A DNA stretch of 64,000 bases from Verrucomicrobiota bacterium (GCA_038228235.1 JBBRPK010000010.1:4551-68550); one strand, 5' to 3'. Counted from the stretch's first letter, positions 8,303-17,795 are shown. The notes: generated by a model not told the origin, from the sequence alone. Numbers and translations are program-made.

Positions 8303-11300
8303 TAAGGCTGCTGCGGGGTGGCAATTCGATAATACCTGCGCCCACCTGTGCCGGGGAAGGGATCGAACATTTCGATTCTGTTCGTGCCAGGCTGGGCCGC
8401 CACGTCGTTGAGTTTGCGCCATGTCCCTTGCGCCCAATTCGTTCGATACTGGATCGTGTAGCCCACGTTTGGCATGGCCGTAAAACCCATGAAGGCACCG
8501 CCATTGTGGGCGTCCAACAACTGCGCCTTCAACACGCTCAAAGGGTCCTGCGGATCAGTCCCGGAGAGATATTCATCCAGGTTGCTCATCCCGTCGTGGT
8601 CTGGGTCCGCCGAAGCATCTGAGGGGTCGGATGGATTCAGTCCATGCGCCACCTCCCAATCGTCCGGCATTCCATCTCCGTCGCTATCGCGCAGAATCAT
8701 GCGCAGGATGGCGACCTTACTAGTGACGGCGCCGTAAGCGTTGCTGGCTGAGAGCGAATAATTCCCGGCCGCAGACATCTGCGCATTGGTAAGCAGGAGA
8801 TCGGGGGCTGTCGCTGCCGGGAGGGCATCGCCGTTGAAAAACCATTGGTACGTTAATGGGAATTGGCCTACCGCCGCGCCACTGACCGTGACATTGGCGC
8901 CGGTGAGCGCCGTTTGAGACGCAGGATCGGTCACGACCAACGGAAGAGGGTAGAGCTGGCTTTGCGGGATGATCTCCTTGGATTGGTTGATGGAGGACCA
9001 TGAGAGCCAAGCCGTCCCGCCGGGCTGACTTTGGTAGTATTCCATTCGCATCGAGTAGAGCTGGCCCGCTTGCAGGAAGATGACAGCGCTATTTTCTTTC
9101 GGCGAGTGATCGTTGAATTTGTCCATTAAAAGCTGGCCGTCAATGTAGAGGCGCACCCCTTGATCCGCATACGTGTAGAAGGTATAGATTTCAGAATAAA
9201 ACGGCTGCACCGCTCCGGTCCAGCGCGCCGAGAACGTGTCGGCCGGAAAGCCGGCAGGCGGGAAATTTGCGAAGCTTGCATCAAAATAGATCGTTGGATC
9301 GATTTCGGCCGTCATGGCCGCGCTGAAGTTCGTATTGTTGAAATATTCCGCATAGACGCCCAGGCCCTGGCCGGGCAATGGGGGCAGCACAGTGATGCCG
9401 GTCGGGTCGGAAACGGCTGTTTTCCCGCCCGCATCCGTGGCTTTGGCGGTGAGGACGTATTGGCCCGGCGCGGGATTCGTCCAGGGAAGTGTGAATGGAC
9501 TGTTAGTGGATTCGCCCCATTTGAGGCCATTCCCGAAAAACTCGACCCTCGTGACGGCTCCCTCAATATCGGAAGCCGCCGCTACGATCGTAATATTAGT
9601 GGGATATTGACACCTCGACCCATTGGTGGGGCTGGTGATGCTGATGGCCGGGGGGAAGTCCAGCACCGTGGTGATGGCAACGGACGCATTGTTCGTGGGA
9701 TTGGGATCGGCCTCGTTCCCGGTCATGGTAGCCCTATCGATGATGTCGCCAAAGACTGATGGGCTAAGAGCCACAATCCGCATGATGGCATTGCTGTTTG
9801 GGCCCAATGTCCCGAGGTTGCAGGCAACGGCATTTCCAGCGTGGGCGCAACTCCCCTGACTCGAAGACACAGAGACAAACAGCACTCCCGTGGGCAGGAA
9901 GTTCGACAAGACGATCCCCGTGGCTGGCCAGGGGCCAGGGTTAAAAACGGTCAAGGTGTACATGAAGGGACTGTTAGTCGAAATCGGGCCGGGCGAAGCA
10001 GAGAGGGAGAGCGAGACATCCCCGGCGCCAAAAACATCGAAACCATTGCCGGAACCGGCATGTCCATCCCTGTCATCGGCCATAAGTTGCACGTTGGCGC
10101 CAATGGCCAGCATCGTCATGTTGCCCATCCAAACCCCATTGCTGAAATTGCCGGAACTGGCCGGACTGACCGCGAGGGGATTTCCGCTGAGAGCCACCGT
10201 GGCGCTGAAATTAGTGACAGTCGCGTTGAAGATGTCCTGGGCTGTTATTCTAACCGTGAACGGCCGGCCAAGATATTGGAGGGATGGGATAGTATCCCAG
10301 GTAAAATGGTCAACCTGTCCGGGCAAGCCGTCGTCATTAATGATGGCGCCTATCGCGTGGCCGGCGCCAATGTTGGCATTGTTCGCCTCTAACAAGTGAA
10401 CAGAAAAAGTCTCGTCCGGCTCTATCAGCGTGTCTCCGTACACCGTCACGCCTATTGTTGCATTTGTTTGGCCTGGGGAAAACGTCACGGAACCATTGGT
10501 CACAGCCCGGTAATCGCTGGGCGCGATGGCGCTGCCATCGGCGGTCTCATAAACGACGGTGATGGTCTGGCTGCTGGGTGGAAACACACTTAAGCTGAAT
10601 AAGAGGTTGGTGGCGCCTGCGTTGCCTTCGAGCACCGCGGCGTCGGAGATGGATACGTTCGGGAATGAATCGTCATTGAGAATAATGTTCGTGCCACGGC
10701 TTCGGCCCAGCACGGCGTTGCTCGGACTGGAGAGATTGACCATGCAAGTCTCATCCATCTCCCACTGAATATCCCCGATCACCGCCACGCCGATGGTCTT
10801 GCTGGTTTCACCAGGCAGAAAAATCAGCGATCCATTCGTCTCTAAATAATCAATTCCGGCCAAGGCCGTGCCGTTGGTGGTGGCGAAATTGACCGTGACG
10901 GTATTGCTCGTCACGGGCGAAAGTTGCACCGTGAAAACAGCGCTGGTTATACCGTCGTTCCCTTCCAATACAGACGTGTCGTTGATAGCGAGCGACACAT
11001 TCTGCACACTCGTGATGGTGAGGGCAGAGTTGTTGCCCGAAAAAACGTCAGCCTCTGATCGTGAAAGGTCCACACGGTTGGTGATATTGCCCAGAGCCCC
11101 AGGTGTGACGACCACTGTGATAAAAACATTCGTGTCCGCGGCGAAAGTTCCCAAATCGCAGGTAATAATTCCGCCAGTATTCGTACATGCTCCTTGCGAG
11201 GCTGTCACCGAAACCAGAGTAACGCCAATGGGCAGGACGTCGGTCAGCGTGACACCCATCGCTCTGGAAGGACCAATATTGGTGATAGCAATCAAATATG

Positions 11301-14300
11301 TAAGGTTCTCACCCAGGGCTGAGGGCTCGGGCGAGGCCGTCATGGTTACCCCAATATCATCGTGCAGCAGCACGGAAAAGCTATTCCCGGAGGCCTGATG
11401 GCCCATGCCGTCATCAGCCAGCACGACCATATTGATGGCCGGTTCCGCCACCGTGAGGTTTCCGCTCCAAATGCCGTTGCTAAAACTCCCCGCATTGGTC
11501 GGAATGAATGCGACTGGAACAGAAACCGCAACCTGATAGCGAAGGTCCACTGCCCACCATCGGATCGAGTCCCGATGAGTCGGAAAAGCGTCTCCCGATA
11601 TCTCATAGGCTTGGTTTATGGTCCCATCCGGGAAGGCGGAGGGCTGGTCGTCACCCCAATAGAACATTCCATTGTCGGAATAGAAAGCCACGCGAAAAGT
11701 CGAGCCTGCCGAGAGCCACAAAGGAACGGACAGCGGAGTCTCCACCCAAGTGCCTGGAATGCTGCTGACCGCCTGGCTGGCCAGAAGGACACCTGCATCC
11801 GTCCAAATGGACACCTTTGTGCCAGAATAGTGTCGGACGTGGGTCACCATCAGATTGGTGTTGGGAGTGAAAGAATAGCCCAAAGTGAAGCTATCGATGT
11901 CTCCGAAGTTATCGGGGAGCGCGTCGTTGAGGATTTTATTTGTTCGGAACCCCCCATGTTGCGATCCAGTGAGCGCGACCATCCCCGTGAAATTGCTTAC
12001 GGTGGTGTTGAACTCGTCCTTGGCAGTGATGGCAACGTTAAAGGGCTCGTTGACAAATTGAGTCGAAGGGATCGGGCTCCATTCAAAATGGTTGGCCCCG
12101 CGCGTGATGAACTGCCAAACCGGACCGGTCGTGGTTGACGGGCCGCGGCTCACGATTTTCCAGTAGTACGTCGTCAGTGGCGCCAGCAAGGGCAAATCCC
12201 AGCTTAAGTTGGTCGTGTTCCCCTGCAACTCGGCCGGACCTGGATTGGGATTTGTTCCGAGGTAAACGTCGTTCGTAAACGGAATGGTAAAGCCAGCGAG
12301 CACACTCACGCTGTCCAGATGCACGTCCAAATGAAACCCGCCTGGGTTAACTATGTAAGCAACACGAATGGTTTGGCCGATAAGGTTGCCAAGATCAAAA
12401 CTGTTCGTTGCCCAATCCCCCATTAACGGATCGCCCGGCTGGGTGGCGAAAGCAACGGCCAGCACGTCGCCGCTAGTATCCTGAATCTCGACTCGAAATT
12501 CCTGGAAGGGGGTCCAGGCGGTGTAAAAATTTCGGAGCCGATGCGCCCAGCTCAAGGTGGCGCCAACCGCCTCTGCCGGGATGCTGAGCTGCTGATAAAT
12601 GGAGTGGCTGCCGGGCCCCGAATGCTCGGCCAGGGCGCTCTCCTTCCCTGCATACGGCGGCAGAGGCCCATCCGTGCTTGGTGGATCTACGGTGCCGTCA
12701 TTGATGATGAAATCCCCATTAGGACTCGCCATTTTCACCCAGCCCGTGAAGTCGCCTGTCTCGAATCCCCCGTTTGTGATCAATTCAGAGACCCGAGCGA
12801 TGCTCTTCCACCTGAGCGTCAGGCGGGCGGGAATGTTGGAAGAAAGGTCGGGGGGAAAAGGCGCCGATGGCAGCGGGGGACTCTCATTGTCGTAAACCGC
12901 GATCATGGCCGAACCGCTGCTGAAACCTGGCGCGCTTGCCGTTACGGTCGCGATTTGCACGCCATCCACTTCCGTATCATCGATAATAGTTACATCAAAA
13001 CTCGCAAACTTTTGCCCGGCGAGAATCGTGACCGTAGCCGGGACTGTCGCTTCTGTCGTGTCGTCCACCGTCAACGCCACCACCAGGTTGGTCGGCAAAT
13101 ACCCTGAGATGCTGACGGAACCCGCGTTCGGCAACACGCCATCCCCTTCCGTGGCATTTGGGGGCAACTTCACCACCAGGTTGGTATCGGCGTGATCGTG
13201 AACAATAATGGTCGCCATGCCGTCGGTCCAATTAGCCACGTGGGCGGTGATGGTTGCCGTTTGATCTCCTTCAATTTCACCATTATCGATCACGGTTAGA
13301 TTAAAGACCGCGGAGGTTTGGCCCGCCGGCATCAGAACAGACAGAGGCACTTGGATTTCGGTCGCGTCACTGGAGAGCAGATTGATTTGCACGTCTGACC
13401 CAGGCGGTGCGCTGACTTGCACCGTGCCGTGGATCACACTATCTCCCTCCACCACGCTGGCAGGCGCGTTAACGGTCAAAATCGCGGTTTCGTTATCCTG
13501 CACAGCTATCGACGTGCTCCCATTTGCATAACCGGGAGCCGAAGCGGTCAGTGTCGCCATCCGGGTCCCATCTAAAATGGCATCGTCCACGATCGTAATG
13601 TCAAAGAAGGCCTTCGTGTCTCCAGCCAAAATGATCAGGCTGGAGGGGACAGTGGCCTCCGCGGTGTCGCTCGAAGCGAGATTCACCGTCAGGTTCGAGG
13701 CAAGAGGTGCAGCAATCCTCACCTGTCCGCGGCTAGTGAGAACACCGTCTCCTTCGGTCGCGGTAGCGGGAGCCAACACCAGAAGCGTCATATCTTGCAA
13801 GGGGAGGTACGCCATCACGATGCCTGCGCCCGAATTGCGATCTGTTCCAGGCGGCCCGATGTCCAGCGCAGTGCTGGTCAGGGCGCTGCGAACCTGCGCG
13901 GGGGTCAAAGCGTGATTATACGACAGCAGCAAAGCGGCGATGCCAGCAGCATGCGCCGCCGCGGCCGATGTGCCAAAAAAAGTGGAAAAGCCAGGCACGG
14001 TGGTTGAAACCCCATCGGCGGCGGCAAAATCCGGTTTTTGGCGGATGGCGCCGCCGGTGGACGAAAAATCTGTCGGGGAAATCGCCGTCCCATCGGCGTT
14101 AAAAAACACCTGCCGTGGTCCGTCGGAGCTGAAACTCTCCACTGGATTTGCCGCGCCCCCCGTGAAGGCATTGGGATAGGCAGTGGCTGCATTCACTGCC
14201 GCAACACTCAAGGCGTTTGTAGCCGCCGAGTGCCCCGAAGTGGCGCCCGCAGTGCTGATACTCAACCGGCCTCCCGCCGTGTCGAGGTGGAGAAAGCGGG

Positions 14301-15792
14301 TTTCTCCTGAGTATTTGACGATCACAATTCTTTCACCAGCGTTCAAAGTGGAGATGTTCTCATAGGGATCCTGAGTGCCAGTCTGAGGGGTCGTGGAACT
14401 GCGCAAAACATTGGAGCCCGTCGAGTCCAACACGAACAGATCATAATCGTTTGTGGAAGCGCCTAGCGGGTCGGCCCAGAATAAATCCACGCCTCTCGAG
14501 ATCCTTCCCGGAGCTGCCGTATTATAGGTGAAAGCTCCAAAGGTATGAACACGCCCCGCTTCAGCAATGGGAAGGCTCACCGCGCCGCCATCGACAAAAT
14601 CACCTTCCCAAGTGCCGGATGTGCCCGCATCCTGGTTCCCCGCATTTGCCGCGGCCGAGAAATAAAGCGCGCCGCTGGCGGTCACACTATTCACTGCTTG
14701 CGCGATGATGGCGTCCTGAAAAGGCGATTCGCTGGTATAGCCCGCGTCATCGACAATGATGTCACAACCCGCGTTGCGAAGATCCAGAATGTTTTGCGCG
14801 AAGCTGGCCTGGCTGTTGAAGGCCGTGGCAAAAAAGAGCTGAGACCCCGGCGCAAGATCATGGATGATTTGTAACAGGGCCGTTCCTTCCCCGGTTCCTT
14901 TTCCCGCTTGGCCGGGCAGCACCATCACCGTTCCCAAATCACCAGAAGATTGCGAATTGGTTAGATAGTCCACGCTGTCCGAAAGCACACCCACTTTAAC
15001 GCCGCTTCCCGTGACGCCAAAATCGGTTCGCGCGGCCGCAACTCGATGCGTCACATCTCCTTGCGAATCCACGATGCCCGCGTGGGTGTGGGCTTGTTCG
15101 GCGCGGCGGATGAAGATCACGTCATCGGAACTGGCCAAAGTTTCAAGTTGCCCCAGAGGCACCAGAGCGCGCACGGCGTGAAATCGCTGGAAACTGTTCA
15201 TCACCTGCCCGCCCCCCCGTTCGATGAGGCCGAGCAAACTGGGAGTTACTTTGGCGTTAATGTCCACGAGGGCGCGTCCGTCGGGACGCAGCGCCACTTC
15301 CATTTGCAGACGTTTCACTCCGGTGGCAAAGGCTTGGCCCCGGTTATTCTTCAGGGCGTGGATTAATTGGGATTCCATTTTGGACTGCGCCGGGGTCCAG
15401 GACGCCTTTTCATTGAGCAAAGCGCCGATTTCTTCCAACGCTCTCTGATTGACGCCGTTTGGCGCGCCAAAAGCGGGAAGATGGGAGAAAAAAAGCGAAA
15501 CCGTTAACCAAACAATCCAGTTTTCCTTTCCTTGAAATAGGAATCGGCGGAGGACGGATCGGGCCGGCAGCAACTGCTTGAAGCAATCACCAGTCCAGCC
15601 TTCCCCCCCCGCTCCCCGCAGAGCACCCGTCAAGTCGGCGGTTTTTAGTCCCACAATGGTTTGTTCCTTAACCTCTCCGAGGGGGTTGGCCCGGCTCAGG
15701 GGCCTGAAAGGAACGTTCCCAGAGTATCCTTCTTTTCCGGCCCCTGTCAAACGAATCTCCCAGGAATCTCCGGTTGCGTGTTTGTTCTCCAC
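8302..15792 (-). CDS. Giant secreted subtilase-like (S8/S53 superfamily) protein with Calx-beta-like, DUF11-like, PA14, Ig-like and thrombospondin-type-3-like modules
   Basis: Asp box GVKVGVLSDSVD, oxyanion AAANAGNQ and Ser box GTSAAAAHAAGIAALLLS are present. The His box reads GEGT instead of HGT. Repeated ..ATVP..I.AG....F.VTIIDD...DG blocks are Calx-beta-like. PA14-like YAEYFNN..ARWTG..LYIDG. DSDGDGMPDDWE..DPDHDGMSNLDEY. The ATG at 15792 has no signal peptide. An in-frame TTG at 15573 gives RSVLRRFLFQGKENWIVWLTVSLFFSHLPAFG-AP, which is signal-peptide-like, so the start is uncertain. Confidence 0.85.
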   Translation of the reverse strand: MENKHATGDSWEIRLTGAGKEGYSGNVPFRPLSRANPLGEVKEQTIVGLKTADLTGALRGAGGEGWTGDCFKQLLPARSVLRRFLFQGKENWIVWLTVSLFFSHLPAFGAPNGVNQRALEEIGALLNEKASWTPAQSKMESQLIHALKNNRGQAFATGVKRLQMEVALRPDGRALVDINAKVTPSLLGLIERGGGQVMNSFQRFHAVRALVPLGQLETLASSDDVIFIRRAEQAHTHAGIVDSQGDVTHRVAAARTDFGVTGSGVKVGVLSDSVDYLTNSQSSGDLGTVMVLPGQAGKGTGEGTALLQIIHDLAPGSQLFFATAFNSQASFAQNILDLRNAGCDIIVDDAGYTSESPFQDAIIAQAVNSVTASGALYFSAAANAGNQDAGTSGTWEGDFVDGGAVSLPIAEAGRVHTFGAFTYNTAAPGRISRGVDLFWADPLGASTNDYDLFVLDSTGSNVLRSSTTPQTGTQDPYENISTLNAGERIVIVKYSGETRFLHLDTAGGRLSISTAGATSGHSAATNALSVAAVNAATAYPNAFTGGAANPVESFSSDGPRQVFFNADGTAISPTDFSSTGGAIRQKPDFAAADGVSTTVPGFSTFFGTSAAAAHAAGIAALLLSYNHALTPAQVRSALTSTALDIGPPGTDRNSGAGIVMAYLPLQDMTLLVLAPATATEGDGVLTSRGQVRIAAPLASNLTVNLASSDTAEATVPSSLIILAGDTKAFFDITIVDDAILDGTRMATLTASAPGYANGSTSIAVQDNETAILTVNAPASVVEGDSVIHGTVQVSAPPGSDVQINLLSSDATEIQVPLSVLMPAGQTSAVFNLTVIDNGEIEGDQTATITAHVANWTDGMATIIVHDHADTNLVVKLPPNATEGDGVLPNAGSVSISGYLPTNLVVALTVDDTTEATVPATVTILAGQKFASFDVTIIDDTEVDGVQIATVTASAPGFSSGSAMIAVYDNESPPLPSAPFPPDLSSNIPARLTLRWKSIARVSELITNGGFETGDFTGWVKMASPNGDFIINDGTVDPPSTDGPLPPYAGKESALAEHSGPGSHSIYQQLSIPAEAVGATLSWAHRLRNFYTAWTPFQEFRVEIQDTSGDVLAVAFATQPGDPLMGDWATNSFDLGNLIGQTIRVAYIVNPGGFHLDVHLDSVSVLAGFTIPFTNDVYLGTNPNPGPAELQGNTTNLSWDLPLLAPLTTYYWKIVSRGPSTTTGPVWQFITRGANHFEWSPIPSTQFVNEPFNVAITAKDEFNTTVSNFTGMVALTGSQHGGFRTNKILNDALPDNFGDIDSFTLGYSFTPNTNLMVTHVRHYSGTKVSIWTDAGVLLASQAVSSIPGTWVETPLSVPLWLSAGSTFRVAFYSDNGMFYWGDDQPSAFPDGTINQAYEISGDAFPTHRDSIRWWAVDLRYQVAVSVPVAFIPTNAGSFSNGIWSGNLTVAEPAINMVVLADDGMGHQASGNSFSVLLHDDIGVTMTASPEPSALGENLTYLIAITNIGPSRAMGVTLTDVLPIGVTLVSVTASQGACTNTGGIITCDLGTFAADTNVFITVVVTPGALGNITNRVDLSRSEADVFSGNNSALTITSVQNVSLAINDTSVLEGNDGITSAVFTVQLSPVTSNTVTVNFATTNGTALAGIDYLETNGSLIFLPGETSKTIGVAVIGDIQWEMDETCMVNLSSPSNAVLGRSRGTNIILNDDSFPNVSISDAAVLEGNAGATNLLFSLSVFPPSSQTITVVYETADGSAIAPSDYRAVTNGSVTFSPGQTNATIGVTVYGDTLIEPDETFSVHLLEANNANIGAGHAIGAIINDDGLPGQVDHFTWDTIPSLQYLGRPFTVRITAQDIFNATVTNFSATVALSGNPLAVSPASSGNFSNGVWMGNMTMLAIGANVQLMADDRDGHAGSGNGFDVFGAGDVSLSLSASPGPISTNSPFMYTLTVFNPGPWPATGIVLSNFLPTGVLFVSVSSSQGSCAHAGNAVACNLGTLGPNSNAIMRIVALSPSVFGDIIDRATMTGNEADPNPTNNASVAITTVLDFPPAISITSPTNGSRCQYPTNITIVAAASDIEGAVTRVEFFGNGLKWGESTNSPFTLPWTNPAPGQYVLTAKATDAGGKTAVSDPTGITVLPPLPGQGLGVYAEYFNNTNFSAAMTAEIDPTIYFDASFANFPPAGFPADTFSARWTGAVQPFYSEIYTFYTYADQGVRLYIDGQLLMDKFNDHSPKENSAVIFLQAGQLYSMRMEYYQSQPGGTAWLSWSSINQSKEIIPQSQLYPLPLVVTDPASQTALTGANVTVSGAAVGQFPLTYQWFFNGDALPAATAPDLLLTNAQMSAAGNYSLSASNAYGAVTSKVAILRMILRDSDGDGMPDDWEVAHGLNPSDPSDASADPDHDGMSNLDEYLSGTDPQDPLSVLKAQLLDAHNGGAFMGFTAMPNVGYTIQYRTNWAQGTWRKLNDVAAQPGTNRIEMFDPFPGTGGRRYYRIATPQQP

Positions 15793-15860
15793 GCTTTAGC
15801 AAATCAGCCCTTTTTAAGGGCGGGAAGACTGGTGTAACTGGGAGGGGTACTTGGAAGCGT

Positions 15861-17090
15861 TCAAAATGAACCAGTGAACGGAAGCAACATGGAGACGCTG
15901 CCACCTTCAAAGTAGTCGATGTTGCCAACGATATGCCACTGCCCTCCGGCGCGGCGGAGTTTCGCCGTTATAACAAACGGCCTGATATTGCTATTCTTGA
16001 AGGACTTCTCGATTGTTACTTTCACTTCGTTCGGCTGTTTGGCTGGCTCGATTGATACAATCCTAAAGGATTCAATGTCTTTGAGGGCGGGAGCGAGAAC
16101 TGACATTAAAGTGATTTGATGTTCAAACTCGGGTTTGGCGCTATACTGCATACCTTTCTCGTCCCATTGCATCAACGCTTCGGCGCGGTCAATTTTGTCG
16201 TGGGTCAACGCCCACACCAGACTTTGCAATGCCGCCTTGGGCGTCGATGCCCCAGCATCCGACCACGGTTCTCGCGCTACGGAGTATTGTTTCCCTTCGA
16301 TATGTTTTTGGACGAGAACCATTGTCGTTCCCGCCCCCAGCAACACACCGACGCCAACCACAATTGCCGTCTTTGCTTTTGTCCACGCCATAATTTTCAA
16401 TGCTCCTTTGATGAGGCTGAAAGTTGAACCGATGACCTTCGCACTTTCCGCGATCGCAACGGCAGTGACAGTTTTCGCTAAAACAGAGGGAGCAGCTTGG
16501 ACCGAGTTGGCCGAGATGACGACAACGAGTCCGCTCGCGCCGACAGTGACGCCGCGTTTGGCAAAAAATTCGCGCAGACTTTCCACGGCGCGCCTCACGC
16601 GTTTTTGCGCTGCTTCGTCACTCACGCCAAGAGTTTGCGCCATCTCACGCGCGGACTTGCGTTCAAAGTAGCGCAGCAACAGCGCGTCGCGATCTGACTC
16701 GCTCAATTCGCCCAGCGCGTCGTCGAGATGCGGCCCGATGTGTTCCCAAGTGGTGTCAGGTTCGACGGAAAGTAGTTCATTCATGGTGGCGGCCTCCTGT
16801 TCGCGGGCGCGGCGGCGCACATCGGTGCGGACGGCTTGTGCAGCAATGTTTTGCGCCGTGCGATGCAGCCAGCCGGACAACACCGGATGTTCTGTGAGTT
16901 GCCGAGTATTTCTCGCCAGCGCGACAAATACGCCCTGCGTTACATCCTCCGCCAATTGTCTATCGCGAACTATCCGGAGCGCAGCGGAATAGATGAGATC
17001 AATGTGGCGTCGCACGAGTTCGGCAAATGCCGATTCCGACCGGGACTCGGTGTAATGGCGCAACAACTGTTGGTCCGTCAAACTGTTCAC
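15861..17090 (-). CDS. ECF-type sigma-70 factor fused to a transmembrane segment and a ~150-aa C-terminal extracytoplasmic domain
   Basis: Region 2 (FAELVRRHIDLIYSAALRIVRDRQLAEDVTQGVFVALAR) and region 4 (LSESDRDALLLRYFERKSAREMAQTLGVSDEAAQKRVRRAVESLR) are followed by hydrophobic stretches (VVVISANSV.., TAIVVGVGVLLGAGTTMVLV) and a globular tail. Confidence 0.85.
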   Translation of the reverse strand: MNSLTDQQLLRHYTESRSESAFAELVRRHIDLIYSAALRIVRDRQLAEDVTQGVFVALARNTRQLTEHPVLSGWLHRTAQNIAAQAVRTDVRRRAREQEAATMNELLSVEPDTTWEHIGPHLDDALGELSESDRDALLLRYFERKSAREMAQTLGVSDEAAQKRVRRAVESLREFFAKRGVTVGASGLVVVISANSVQAAPSVLAKTVTAVAIAESAKVIGSTFSLIKGALKIMAWTKAKTAIVVGVGVLLGAGTTMVLVQKHIEGKQYSVAREPWSDAGASTPKAALQSLVWALTHDKIDRAEALMQWDEKGMQYSAKPEFEHQITLMSVLAPALKDIESFRIVSIEPAKQPNEVKVTIEKSFKNSNIRPFVITAKLRRAGGQWHIVGNIDYFEGGSVSMLLPFTGSF

Positions 17091-17191
17091 TCATTGAATA
17101 GTAGCCGCCGACTGGGAAATCGGACAGGAAAAGGAAAAGTTCCATTCAACGGCCCGTGGCGCCACCGTGACCAAGGCCGAGCCCCAGATGA

Positions 17192-17359
17192 GACCAGGCA
17201 GCGCCGCCTGAAATAAAATACATCCCGCTCGACTCCAGCATCTTCACCCGCCCGCCTTTTACCTACCAGGGCGGACGAGCAGGGGCCCGGGCCTTGTTCG
17301 GGCGCGATCGGCTCACGACCATTATGGAAGAACTAAACCAGATTATCGCCGCAGCGTGA
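17192..17359 (+). pseudogene. Possible C-terminal fragment of a type I restriction R subunit (hsdR, EcoEI-like C-terminal domain)
   Basis: A frame open for only ~55 codons after a TGA reads ..EIKYIPLDSSIFTRPPFTYQGGRAGARALFGRDRLTTIMEELNQIIAAA*. From memory this resembles HsdR C-terminal tails (PFT..GG....LFG...L....ELN). It sits just upstream of hicBA and an hsdM fragment. Weak and unverified. Confidence 0.3.
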
Positions 17360-17397
17360 CGATTGACGCGGCAGACCCGCCAGCGCATTATTCGCTT

Positions 17398-17613
17398 ATG
17401 AAAGTGCAAACCTACAATGCTGTCCTACGCAAGGATGAGGGGTGGTGGATTGGCTGGGTGGAAGAAATTCCGGGCGTTAACTCGCAAGGCAAAACGCGCG
17501 CGGAACTTCTGAAAAACCTCCGCTCTGCTCTCCGCGAAGCCTTGGAGATGAACCGGGAGGAGGCGTTGGCCCAGGCCGGGAAAGGTTATGAAGAAGCGGT
17601 GCTGAAAGTGTGA
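17398..17613 (+). CDS. hicB: HicB-family antitoxin (short UPF0150-type)
   Basis: MKVQTYNAVLRKDEGWWIGWVEEIPGVNSQGKTRAELLKNLRSALREALEM.. is the typical HicB N-terminal fold signature. The stop overlaps the hicA start (GTGA). The ORF track extends to a GTG at 17356, but the ATG at 17398 is preferred. Confidence 0.75.
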   Translation: MKVQTYNAVLRKDEGWWIGWVEEIPGVNSQGKTRAELLKNLRSALREALEMNREEALAQAGKGYEEAVLKV

Positions 17614-17795
17614 AGCGTCGCGAGTTGATCCGCCACCTCACTGCGCACGGCTGTGTGCTTGTGCGCGAGGGCGGCGATCATTCCTGGTGGGGCAACCCCG
17701 CCAACAACCGCCGTTCGGCTGTTCCTCGTCACACAGAAATTAACCGCTTTCTCGCCCGCAAAATCTGCCGCGACCTCGCCATCCCGGAACCTTAA
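17610..17795 (+). CDS. hicA: HicA-family mRNA interferase toxin (YcfA-like)
   Basis: 61 aa. RRELIRHLTAHGCVLVREGGDHSWWGNP..RRSAVPRHTEI matches the HicA pattern (G.H....P......VP.H.E). There is a 4-nt overlap with hicB. Confidence 0.85.
   Translation: MKRRELIRHLTAHGCVLVREGGDHSWWGNPANNRRSAVPRHTEINRFLARKICRDLAIPEP

Noticed and set aside
8038-8622. ORFs of 81-192 aa inside and around MITE A1 (8038..8283 -, 8044..8622 +, 8130..8504 -), and their look-alikes in MITE A2 (40075..40293 -, 40085..40405 +)
   Set aside because: Their similarity to each other simply reflects the repeated DNA. They are Arg/Pro/Gly-rich and read through terminal inverted repeats on both strands. Some overlap the giant gene's 3' end.
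15807-15821. Hairpin GCCCTTTTTAAGGGC between the ECF sigma gene and the giant gene as an intrinsic terminator
   Set aside because: The stem is short (6 bp) with no clear downstream U-tract on the minus strand. It is mentioned only as context and not called as a feature.
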